Of a stretch of DNA of 64,000 bases, positions 9,505-20,439 are shown piece after piece; positions within the stretch are counted from its first letter, which is position 1, and each line of letters opens with the position of its first letter. The DNA is from Squalus acanthias (lineage: Eukaryota). The stretch covers positions 6,944,001 to 7,008,000 of the forward strand of contig CM059452.1 in assembly GCA_030390025.1 (NCBI GenBank), given 5' to 3'. The notes beneath the pieces are model-generated. The model was given only the letters and a program-made list of their open reading frames with translations. It was not told where the DNA came from and ran no database searches. A program made the translations under genes and the position numbers.

Positions 9505-10965
9505 CTGTCAAACACTCCGGGTAAGGCACCGCACTGGTTAAATACAGAGTAAAGCCCCATCTACATTGCACAATCAAACACTCCCAAGGCAGGTACAACA
9601 CGGGTTAGATACAGAGTAAATTCTCCCTCTACACTGAACCATCAAAGATTCACGGGGCATAACAGCACGGGTTAGATACAGAGTAAAGCTCCGTCTACAC
9701 TGTCCCATCAAACACTCCCAGGGCAGGTACAGCACGGGTTAGATACAGAGTAAAGCTCCCTCTACACTGTCCCATCAAACACTCCCAGGGCAGGTACAGC
9801 ACGGTTAGATCAGAGTAAGCTCCCACGACACTGTCCATCGATCCAGGGCAGGTACAGCACGGGTTAGATACAGAGTAAAGCTCCCTCTACACTGTCCCAT
9901 CAAACACTCCCAGGACAGGTACAGCACGGGTTAGATACAGAGTAAAGCTCCCTCTACACTGTCCCATCAAACACTCCCAGGGCAGGTACAGCACGGGTTA
10001 GATACAGAGTAAAGCTCCCTCTACACTGTCCCATCAAACACTCCCAGGACAGGTACAGCACGGGTTAGATACAGAGTAAAGCTCCCTCTACACTGTCCCA
10101 TCAAACACTCCCAGGGCAGGTACAGCACGGATTAGATACAGAGTAAAGCTCCCTCTACACTGTCCCATCAAGCACTCCCAGGGCAGGTACAGCACGGGTT
10201 AGATACAGAGTAAAGCTCCCTCTACACTGTCCCATCAAGCACTCCCAGGGACAAGGTACAGCACGGGTTAGATACAGAGTAAAGCTCCCTCTACACTGTC
10301 CCATCAAACACTCCCAGGGCAGGTACAGCACGGGTTAGATACAGAGTAAAGCTCCCTCTACACTGTCCCATCAAACACTCCCAGGGCAGGTACAGCACGG
10401 GTTAGATACAGAGTAAAGCTCCCTCTACACTGTCCCATCAAACACTCCCAGGGCAGGTACAGCACGGGTTAGATACAGAGTAAAGCTCCCTCTACACTGT
10501 CCCATCAAACACTCCCAGGGCAGGTACAGCACGGGTTAGATACAGAGTAAAGCTCCCTCTACACTGTCCCATCAAACACTCCCAGGGCAGGTACAGCACG
10601 GGTTAGATACAGAGTAAAGCTCCCTCTACACTGTCCCATCAAACACTCCCAGGGCAGGTACAGCACAGGTTAGATACAGAGTAAAGCTCCCTCTACACTG
10701 TCCCATCAAACACTCCCAGGGCAGGTACAGCACGGGTTGATACAGAGTAAAGCTCCCTCTACACTGTCCCATCAAACACTCCCAGGCAGGTACAGCACGG
10801 GTTAGATACAGAGTAAAGCTCCCTCTACACTGTCCCATCAAACACTCCCAGGGCAGGTACAGCACGGGTTAGATACAGAGTAAAGCTCCCTCTACACTGT
10901 CCCATCAAACACTCCCAGGGCAGGTACGGCACGGGTTAGAAACTGATTAAAGCTCCTTCTACAGT
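9505..10965. repeat. 67-bp satellite array (~21 units) within the J-CH1 intron
   Basis: Unit ACACTCCCAGGGCAGGTACAGCACGGGTTAGATACAGAGTAAAGCTCCCTCTACACTGTCCCATCAA, period 67 (9901, 9968, 10035). Confidence 0.97.
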
Positions 10966-13125
10966 CTGCCAGACGTGTTTCTGAAATGCTGCTTCTGAAT
11001 GTCACAAACTGGGTTACTGAGTCGAGGCGCCTCCTCAAACTTAAAGTCAAACTATCGCATTTCTCACAGATACAAGCTTCTGAAATAAATGAGTCGAATT
11101 GTACTCCATGAAACACAAGAGAACAAACCAGCAGGTTTACAACCAGTCAGGAGGACTCCTGATTCTCACACAGTGAGCAGGCGCACAGAAACAGAACAGA
11201 CACAAACGGTGCAACAATCGTGCTCTCAGCAGATAGATCTCTTCAATCTGTCAATTTCAATGAAGCTGATTTCTAATTGATCTCTTGTCAATTTCCGACC
11301 ACCTCAAGTCTGCACGTTTTTTGAAATTAAACTGATATTAATTTGAAAAACTCTCTTCGACTTCCAACCATTTCTCCCTCCCTGTCTACAGTCTTACAAA
11401 CAAATAAGATTTAGCTTCCCTGAAAACTAGTTTACTGAAATAATTCACATTACAGGGCAATTTGCTGCATATAACAGGGACTCCGTGACAGAGTAAGAAT
11501 TTAACGAACTAGGAACCACTGGGTAAATATAATTTCATAATTAAATATAACCGGTAAAATCATCGAGGCAAAACACGAAGTTAATTCATTAAAATCTGCG
11601 GCGACACCTTCTCGAGCTGAGCACAGCTGAGTAAGACATGTATTGTTTCTAAATTAATTTTAGACATCATTTAAAATTCTCTCCAACCATTCAGATTTTA
11701 CAGTAACTGTAATCCTGTCCAGTATACAACGCAAATGTGGGAGGTCATTTATGTTTAATAAATTCGCACTCATATTATATTCTAAGTTAATATTGATGTT
11801 AGCTGCATTATATTAAAATTAGTTGATATTAATTTTAATCCTGTTTCTGCCTGGTAACTTGTGAACTTATAGGGTTTCAATTAAATTAACATGACACTTA
11901 TCAATATTAAAATATTAAAAATCATATTAATAGATAAAGACATTCAGACAAATATATTATTTTTATTTAAATCAAATCACATTTGAATAAGTTAAAATGG
12001 TCACTAACTTCTAATACATTCCCGCTCTCTATCTACACACTTGTAAACTCTGCATGTTTCTGAACTCTCTGATACAACATAAACTCCATCTTTTCTCAGA
12101 GTGGATTTCACATGATGGATTTAGGAGTGGACTATTTTAAATAGTTCAAAGTCTGGCCGTGGTCACATCTCACTAACTACCGATGGACTGTAACACCGTG
12201 TGTTTACTAAAGCAGGGCTCTCGAGTTTAAACATTGTCCTCAATCTTAACTATAAATACTATTTTCGTGAATTAAAAGACAACCGGCCAGTTTGCAGTCA
12301 GTAACAGAGACTCCGCTATTTAATAACACAGACAATCTTTTTATACTTTACTCCCGTAATTCACACAATGCCCGTAAATTAATTATTAAATATATTCTGC
12401 TATTTATTGAAAATCAGTTCCAGAATGATCAATGTAAAACTGGCGGAGAACAAATCAATCAGACCATCTGCGACACTGAAATTTAATGAGCAAATGGAGG
12501 AGAGATTTTGTTGATCAATTTAACATTAATGAGAATTAAACATAACTCTCAGATGTAATCTGTTCACTGTCTATAATTCTATCCCGTATACAGCACAGCT
12601 ATGGGAGACAGGATGTTGTTATTAAATTCAAAACTAATATTAACCTTTTGTAATTAAATTAATCTGCTTGAATGTCAATGGGTTATTTGTCTGTCTCCAG
12701 CCTTACGCAGTCTGCACCTTCCGTGAATTTAAATAGAATCATATGAACAATTCTTTGACTGCCAGCGACCGCTCAGCCTATGATCTTACAAACTGTTTAA
12801 GATTAGTTTAGTGATAATTGTCTCGCTATCAAACAACAAATAATATTGAAGGAATAACATGGTTTCCGCTGCACAGTAAGAATTTAATAACCCGGCAGAT
12901 TTATTACATTTACAAACTGCAATTTATACTCGCATTTAATGCATAATTAAATACAATCTGTCATTCATCTGTGTGAAACAGGGAGATAACAATTAATTTC
13001 AAACCCCTCATTAAACTGAACACTGCGGTGGAATCAGTCTGCTGTTATTAAAATAATTTCAGACATAATCAGAAATTGTCTCCAGCCTCTAAAATTCTCC
13101 GCTCAGGTTAATTGTGACCAGTGCA

Positions 13126-14402
13126 CAGCAGAATTGTGGAAGGCGAATAATGTTTAATACATTAATATTAATACTGCAACATATTTAGTGATATTGGGCA
13201 ATATTACCGCATTATAATCGTTTGAGTTATATTAATTTAACTCTCCTTCAACCTGCAAATTGTTAATTATATAATTCGTAATTTCAGTAACATTTCACCT
13301 ATTAAATGTGAGCACCGTAAACCATAGATTAATAGTTGAATCTGTAATTCTCACTTAAATAAAAGATGCATTAAATTATTTTAAATGATTTTTGATTTAT
13401 AAAACCTACTTGTTGTCTGCCTACAATCATCTTTCAAACAGTTTAAACAGATCAGAAAACCTGCAGCAGTTCGATGTCACCGAGATTAAACATTGCAGAA
13501 ACTCCAAACAGTTTCACAAACTTTAGTTATTCAAAGTAACCCAGGCACACACTCTCCTCAGCAGATAAACAGCAAATCACATCACTGAGGGGCTGAATCC
13601 CGCAACAGAACGTTTTGTGGAGAAGCAGCTTCATTCTATAAACCCTTTCAGCAGAATCAAATGTAACATTGCAAAAAAATCTCAATACAGAATCCAGCGA
13701 ACCCATCTATCACTGAACGAATTAATTATTGAAATAAACAAAAATATAAAATAATGACAGCAGAATTGTGAGTAGACGGATCATGTTTAATAAATTACTA
13801 TTGATATAGCATATTGTTGTAATATTGGGTGATATTACTACATATGATAACTTTATTTATATTAATTTAAATCTGATTCAGGCTACAAATTTGTTAATTA
13901 TGTAGTTATAAATTACAGTAACATTTCACGTATTGAATATGACCGTTGGTGAACATTAGATTAAAAGATGACAATGTAAATATCACAAATAAAAATACAT
14001 TAAAATATCTTAAGATTATTTTTGACCGCTAGAGCTTTCTATTTTCTGCCTACAATCTTATTTCAAACACATTTAGTCACATAATGTTTACATTTGATCA
14101 GAAAACCAGCAACCATTAGATGTCACCGAGATTAAACATTGTAGAAACTCCAAACAGTTCAACAACCGTTAGGTATTTAAAGTAACCCAGGCGCACAGTC
14201 TCATCAGCAGATAAACACCAAATCACATCAATCAGGGACTCAATCCCTCAACAACAATTCTTTCTGAAGAAACTGTTTAAATCTATTATCCCTTTGCAGC
14301 AGAATCAAATGAAACAGAGCAAAAAATCTCAATACAGAATCCACCGAACCCAAGTTTCAGTGAATGAATGAATTATTGAAATAAACAGAAATATAAAATA
14401 AA
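13126..14402. repeat. Diverged tandem duplication (~635 bp x2) immediately 3' of JH
   Basis: CAGCAGAATTGTG at 13126 and 13758; GATGTCACCGAGATTAAACATTG, AAAGTAACCCAGGC, CAGCAGATAAACA, AATCTCAATACAGAATCCA and AATTATTGAAATAAACA each occur twice in the same order. Confidence 0.9.
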
Positions 14403-14444
14403 GGCACAAATACAACAGTTGCTGAAAGAGTGAATGTTTCTTAC

Positions 14445-14492
14445 CTGCAGTCACCGTCACCATGGTGCCTTGTCCCCAGTAGCCCATGTCGT
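14445..14492 (-). CDS. IGHJ: JH gene segment
   Basis: AC GAC ATG GGC TAC TGG GGA CAA GGC ACC ATG GTG ACG GTG ACT GCA G|gtaag = DMGYWGQGTMVTVTA, WGxG motif and donor. Confidence 0.97.
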
Positions 14493-14531
14493 CACAGTGT
14501 TACATTCCCCGGGCTGCGTCACACAATAACC
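14493..14531 (+). promoter_or_regulatory. JH 23-RSS
   Basis: CACAGTG (14493-14499), 23-nt spacer, ACAATAACC (14523-14531). Confidence 0.95.
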
Positions 14532-14856
14532 GGCTCTGTGTAAAACAGACAGAAATCCAACATTAGTTTAAATATTCACATCCCAGAGGAAAAGTAAAGT
14601 CACGATGGATCTTCATAAAATGATAAATGTGTCAATGGATACTTTTCACTCTTTATAAATTCCCTGATGTTTTATATTTCACAGAGTAACCCATGAACAG
14701 TTATTGAAAGCACCAACTGATCAATGATTAATTATCACAGTTTATCCATATTAAACTGTGCTAGTGGACAGTGCTGGACACAAATAGGACTTCACTGCAT
14801 CTACAGTTGGATTGTGAAAGCGAGCACTGACCCAGACTCACTCAATTAGTGCTGAG

Positions 14857-14884
14857 GGTTTTTGTATTGACAGTAACTGCTGTG
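14857..14884 (-). promoter_or_regulatory. D2 3' 12-RSS
   Basis: CACAGCA, 12-nt spacer, ACAAAAACC. Confidence 0.95.
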
Positions 14885-14898
14885 CCACCCAGTTGTAC
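14885..14898 (-). CDS. IGHD: D2 gene segment (GTACAACTGGGTGG)
   Basis: 14 nt between two outward 12-RSSs. Confidence 0.93.
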
Positions 14899-14926
14899 CA
14901 CAGTGAGACACGCCGTGCCAAATACT
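14899..14926 (+). promoter_or_regulatory. D2 5' 12-RSS
   Basis: CACAGTG, 12-nt spacer, CCAAATACT (non-consensus nonamer). Confidence 0.9.
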
Positions 14927-15238
14927 CCGGCGGACTGTTAACTGTAAAATACAGAGATGAAATTCCACAGCCTCTCAAAACCCTGATTCCGACTCCCCTA
15001 AGAGTGAATCAGTGAGATATTTCAGTTTGTGCTGGTCATTATCTTTATAAAGGGAATTGGAAAACTTCTGAAGCATCTGTGCAGATTTAGCACGACAATC
15101 AACACTAATAAAGCAGAACACTTTTATACATTTTTATAAATCTATGTTACTTTTACCCATTATTTTAATTTAAGCCTCATTTTCTCCGCCGCTCCTGCCG
15201 TGGCAGTGATCGCAGGTGTGAGCAAACTCCCTGTCTGG

Positions 15239-15276
15239 GGTTTTTGTATGAGGAGCTCGCTCTGTACAGCACCGTG
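15239..15276 (-). promoter_or_regulatory. D1 3' 22-RSS
   Basis: CACGGTG, 22-nt spacer, ACAAAAACC. Confidence 0.93.
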
Positions 15277-15290
15277 ACCCACTGCTGTAC
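15277..15290 (-). CDS. IGHD: D1 gene segment (GTACAGCAGTGGGT)
   Basis: 14 nt between a 12-RSS and a 22-RSS, the arrangement typical of shark IgM D1. Confidence 0.93.
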
Positions 15291-15318
15291 CACAGTGACA
15301 GGAACCCGCACAAATACT
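15291..15318 (+). promoter_or_regulatory. D1 5' 12-RSS
   Basis: CACAGTG, 12-nt spacer, ACAAATACT. Confidence 0.93.
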
Positions 15319-15708
15319 GCACTCACTCCCTGTTCAGTGCCGCCTCTCAACATTCACTTCAAATAGACATTCACTTCTGATCTAGTTTAGAATTTATCCA
15401 ACAGTTTACACAACGTAATAGAAAGTGAACACAGTCCCAGCCAACTCCCTCCAGGTATCAATCATATTGAAACGAGCATTAACTCCAGCTCTGCCATTAC
15501 TGACACTGTGAACAGTAAACATGAGCACAGCCAAAACCTCTCCTCAGTACATCGGTTACTGTGCTAGATTTTTACCATTGAATTTTCAGTGTGTTAATTC
15601 AGTAAGAAGCGGCGTGTGGTCTGGTTCTGAACAATGCTGTTAAGATCGCGTTTAATACAATTACTGACCGTCAGATTATGATGGAAGTTGTTGAATGTCC
15701 CCTCGTTC

Positions 15709-15747
15709 TGTTCTTGTACGGGTCCAGCCCTGGTTCCTCTCGCTGTG
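15709..15747 (-). promoter_or_regulatory. VH 23-RSS
   Basis: CACAGCG (15747-15741), 23-nt spacer, ACAAGAACA (15717-15709). Confidence 0.95.
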
Positions 15748-16051
15748 GTCTCTTGCACAGTAATAGATGGCGGTGTCTTCGGTCCTCAGGTTCTTCATGT
15801 CCAAAGCGAAGATGCTGTTTGAAGTGTCTTTGGACGCAGTAAATCGGCTCTCAATCCCTGGGGCGTAATACTTGTCGATGAACTGTAGTAGCTAACCAGC
15901 CACTCCAGCCCCTGTCCGGGAACCTGTCGGACCCAGCTCATGTAGTAGCTGCCAAGATTGAACCCGCTGGTTTTACAGGTCAGTCTCAGGGAGCCTCCGG
16001 GACTCCTGGTCTCTGCCTCTGGCTGAGTCAACACGACATCCGACTGGACAC
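15748..16051 (-). pseudogene. IGHV: VH exon with a 1-nt frameshift in CDR2 (pseudogene as assembled)
   Basis: tttttacag|GT; [59 protein letters not shown], then in another frame [42 protein letters not shown]; one base missing near 15875-15876 gives TGA at 15795-15797. Confidence 0.9.
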
Positions 16052-16178
16052 CTGTAAAAACAATCAAAAACCCCGAGGATTAATCCTGGTGAAATGATTC
16101 CTGACTCTGTAACATTCCAGAGAGAGACTGACACTGAGACAGTAACAGTGAGAGACTTGGACAATAAAAACTACTCAC

Positions 16179-16224
16179 CGGATAAGAAAGCCAACAACAG
16201 ACTGAGAGAAATCGCCGACCTCAT
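16179..16224 (-). CDS. IGHV: VH leader exon
   Basis: ATG at 16224, MRSAISLSLLLAFLS G|gtgagt, 46 nt hydrophobic signal peptide, 127-nt intron to V. Confidence 0.95.
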
Positions 16225-16314
16225 CCTCCTGGCAATGTGTGGGAAATGGTTCTGACAAGAACTCACTGAGCAAACCCGCTCCCGGACTGTTGTATTGCGG
16301 TCCCAGTGACCGGC

Positions 16315-16400
16315 AGTTAAATACCCGGTAGAAGGGGGCGAGGTTACAGGCGCCGCCTATTGATTCCCTGATAGAGGCGGCTACTGGATCCACGTCACAC
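16315..16400 (-). promoter_or_regulatory. VH promoter: TATA-like box and CRE/ATF-like site, no octamer
   Basis: TATTTAA at 16323-16317, GC-rich tract, GTGTGACGTG at 16400-16391; I saw no ATGCAAAT nearby, consistent with known shark VH promoters. Confidence 0.7.
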
Positions 16401-18096
16401 CTTCCACATCACCAACAGAATGGACTTATATCTTTACACTAGTTTATTGTTAAAGGTGGACCCTGTATCTGTATCAAGGGATAGTTATTTGTCTGTATGG
16501 TTACAATGCAATATGTTATTTGATACTAAATGGTGATATTGCTGTCGTGAGTGTGTTTAGTAATAATTAATTACATCGTGGATTGTAAATTAAATCCCTT
16601 TATTTCCACACTCTTTCAGAGGGGATGTGAATCTCTAAGATGAAATTACATTATTGGGGTCTAAATTACCTCCAGTACGTGTTTCTCTATCTCTCGCTAT
16701 CTATCCCCGCACTCTGTACCAGTACAGTATGACCTATAATATGAATTGTTATTGATTTATGTAACTGAATGCGGGAGGTGGGTAATGTGATTCTATTTAC
16801 AATGTGGATGGCTATAGCTACACGATTTGGGTCCGGAGATGAGTAGAAAGCCCTCACATTATACAAATGTCTCTGATTGTATTTCTCTAACTGCCCCTGA
16901 GTCTGTGACCCAGTCCTTTGAAAATTACCTGTAAAATTGGTCCGCTTGCCTGATAAATAAGGAGTGAGCTGACAGAGAAACATAAGAATTTTGGGGCCCG
17001 CCCGCTTCAGATCAACTTTTGAAAAAGAGAAGCTGGTGAATCAGAACTGATAATGCGATCAGCAAACCCCGGCATCCAAATCATTGCAGCAAACTTTAAT
17101 AGCGACCGACTGTGTAACATACACTGGTATCAGGAACACAATATATCAGGACATAGCGGTATGTTACAGAATATCACAAGAATAAATGCTTCATCTCCCG
17201 CTGAAACAGATCACAAACTGGGCATTTCTCTGCCCATTGGTAGCCGGGCTCTGAGAGGGCTTGTTTAGGAATTCAAATCAGCACAAATTAAACTGCACAG
17301 TGCGCGGCTGCTAATCGGTAATAAGGGAGCCCTTAGTTTCAATCAGGCTCACAACTCTGAGAATATTCAAGGAAGTGCAGCGGGATCGAGGCAATTCCAC
17401 CGATTGTTTTATTTACTTTGCGATTCCCACTGATCTCATTACAGTGTGGGTGTGGAGTCATTAACATCTCTCTCCAGCACTTCGTGCAGTGCTGAATAAA
17501 CCGACTGAATTATCTGGAATTATCTTCATTAGGAATGTTTTAATTAATTAGCATATGGATCAATTTACTTTTTCTGATCATATTTTATAATATTGTGAGC
17601 AAGGAATTTACCGAAAATCATTCTTTAGATGTTATACCATGTAAAATGTTTATTTCTTGTAAGCGCGCTGCTGAATAATTTAATGTTCAAATAGTTAAAT
17701 CCCATCTTGTTTCCCAATTCATCTTCACGCCAATCTGCCCCACACAGTATTTGGCAGCAACCCAGCCGACTGCCGTCAGGGAGGCTCGAACACCCAATGT
17801 CATTTACAGGAAGCATCTGGGGGTTCTGTGCAGTGAATCAAAGATCTGTTTCCTCACTACTGACCGCTTGGCTGAAAGCCAACTTCAAACCCTTAACATT
17901 GTGAGTGAGGCTTATTTATATACAAATCTACCCAGCAACAGTACTGGAGTCAATTTAATTTTTTAGTTGTGTAACTATTTGTAACTGTTCCCATCTCCCA
18001 GGATAGGAAATAAATCCAGCGTCTCAGACAACCTATCAGTAGCAGCAGTCAGCTGGAGGGTCTGTCCAGCACATCACAACTCTGTAATATATACAT

Positions 18097-18100
18097 AGAG

Positions 18101-18171
<71 letters not shown>

Positions 18172-18175
18172 TAGG
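18097..18175. repeat. (GATA)n/(GA)n microsatellite
   Basis: Direct reading; a weaker (GGAT)n tract follows at ~18245-18352. Confidence 0.97.
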
Positions 18176-18369
18176 GAGGCAGACAGACACAGAGGACCTC
18201 AGAGAGAGGATACATTCTGAAATAAATAAGTATGCGTGTTTGCATGGATGGATAGATGGATGTAGCGATACAGGAATATATGGATTGTTAGATGTCTGAA
18301 TTTTTATTAATGGGTCGATGAACGGATTAATGGATGGATGGATGGATGGATGGGCCTGAAAGTTGCTGT

Positions 18370-18530
18370 TAGAACATAAGAACATAAGAAATAGGAGCAG
18401 GAGTAGGCCATTCGGCCCTTCGAGCCTGCCCCGCCATTCAATAAGATCATGGCAGATCTGATCTTGGCCTCAACGCCACTTTCCCGCTAGCTCCCCATAA
18501 CCCTTGACTCGCCTGTAGCTCAGATATATG
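18370..18530 (-). mobile_element. CR1 3' terminus
   Basis: AGAACATAAGAACATAAGAAATAGGAGCAGGAGTAGGCCATTCGGCCC. Confidence 0.8.
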
Positions 18531-19869
18531 TCTACATTCTCATCTTTGTGAGTCTCTACTTCCTAACACGAGGCAGCCCCTTTACATTTGTGTCAGTATG
18601 GCGCCTCCAGTCCTTCCTGATTTTCTGTATCATTTCACTCCATACAGTGTCCATTTCTAACCAGCTGAACATCACGAAGAGAAGCCTGAAGGTATCCACG
18701 CGGTACCGATGGTCCTTCTGTGGTGATGGGGAATCTCCATCTCAAAGATATAAAGCGAGCACATGTCAGGGTTGAGAAGAGACAAGTGTAATATTTGGAA
18801 CATGTGGTCCTTTCATGTATAACAAAGCACTCAATATATCCTCAGCCGAATTACTTCAATCAATGCGGAAACATAGCAGATCAACGGGTACATAATTTTT
18901 CCCCTTCCCTACCTAAATCCTTGCTCCTCTGTGAGACTGGTGCAGTCACACCATTCTGAACACACGGATAAAAGGAGCATGAACTGTGACTTTCTTTACC
19001 GCCATATATTCACTGTAAGTCATTGCCACAGTGAAATATATCCTGTGGGTTTTAGACATTGTGGCCGCAAATTGAAATGCTCTTAACTCCTTTAACCACA
19101 CTCCCCAGAGCCTTTCCATTCAGCCCATTCATTCACTGAATGAATTGTTCACCAGTTGGGCGGGTAAGGTCAGTACATCACTGAGATGTGCTCAGGTTGA
19201 TGGGGTCACTGTGATGGAGATATATGGTTAGAGTGGACATGGTACATCATGCAGACAGAGCTGAGTCGGTGAAGTTGCTGAATTTGGTGATTTGAATGAC
19301 AATTTTGGACAACATTATAGGCTCAATGTTCTATGTCATGAGGTTAAAGCAGACTCTTATTTCTCAAAAGGTTGTACTTTTTTGTGCGACTTGTTTAGGT
19401 TCGTGGAGAGCTGGTGTAGGGATATAAAGAATGGAATGAGGTGCCATTATGGCCATATTTAGAAATTGCTTATCCACGCAATTTTCTGGTCCAAATGTAT
19501 AGCTTCATACCCTTTCTTAATATCCCAAAGTGCTTTAAAATGAATTGTTAATATTGAAGTGTTATTGGTGATGTGATTTTCGGCGACTGGCTCCGAGGTG
19601 ACTGATTCCTGATTGACCCCCTCCCCCTTGTATAAGAGGCGCTCTCCCATAATCGACGGATTATTAATGTGGTTTGTGCACAGTTCCCATTCCCGCTCAA
19701 TACCCCACACTCAGGAGTAACAAACTGTCTCTGCGCCAACTAACAGAAATAGCGACAGATGGACGGAGAGAGATTTCCGGACCCATTGGTATTTCCCAGG
19801 CCGCCACATTACTAAACAAATGATATTTCTCAATACTGTCGGCCTTCATCATGTTTTCCAAACCACAGA

Positions 19870-20072
19870 TATTTCTCAATCCATTGATGGGTTCAATCTA
19901 TTGATATTTCCCCAACCATCAACTTTCTCAAACAATTGATATCTTGCAATCGATTGATGTTTCTCGACCAATCAATGATTCCCAAACCTTTCAGGACTCC
20001 CAATAGATTGACGTTTAACAATCTATTAATGATCACCAATCCTTTAACGATTCACAATCCATTGATGTTTCG
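19870..20072. repeat. Old degenerate 18-bp tandem repeat (~11 units)
   Basis: CAATCCATTGATxTTTCx-like units at 17-19 nt spacing. Confidence 0.7.
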
Positions 20073-20439
20073 TTTAATAAAATAAGAGAGTTCGCCCACA
20101 TATCCTGTGTTTTTTTTCCTTTACCCGTGGCGGTTCTGGTTTGCCTGCTAAGCGGTTGGACTTTTAGTAAAATTCCCAGAATGGCCTTGTGATTCCGGTG
20201 TCGGATTCAGGGTCACACCTGCAGTCAGTGTCTGTACTACCGGCCGTACAGTACAACTGCAGTGAATATCTGAGCGGTCCGGACTCAGTCTGAGTTGCCT
20301 CTCTATCTACAATGGAAGTTGAGCCGTTGAATGCCTGGGCTTCCATTTACCTATTTCTTGTTGATCTATTTGTTAATTAGTAACGGGCATTGATCATTAG
20401 TAATTGGTGTAAATAAGGGGGTGTTGGATTGAGTCGGTA

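Noticed and set aside
9505-10965. CACTGTC in the 67-mer as a cryptic RSS heptamer
   Set aside because: On minus it reads GACAGTG, losing the essential CAC; no nonamer at a correct distance was evident on either strand
631-16224. Alternative isotype calls (IgW, IgNAR, germline-joined IgM)
   Set aside because: Four C exons with mu-type CH4 and tail, conventional VH with FR2/CDR2, two Ds, all segments unjoined with RSSs
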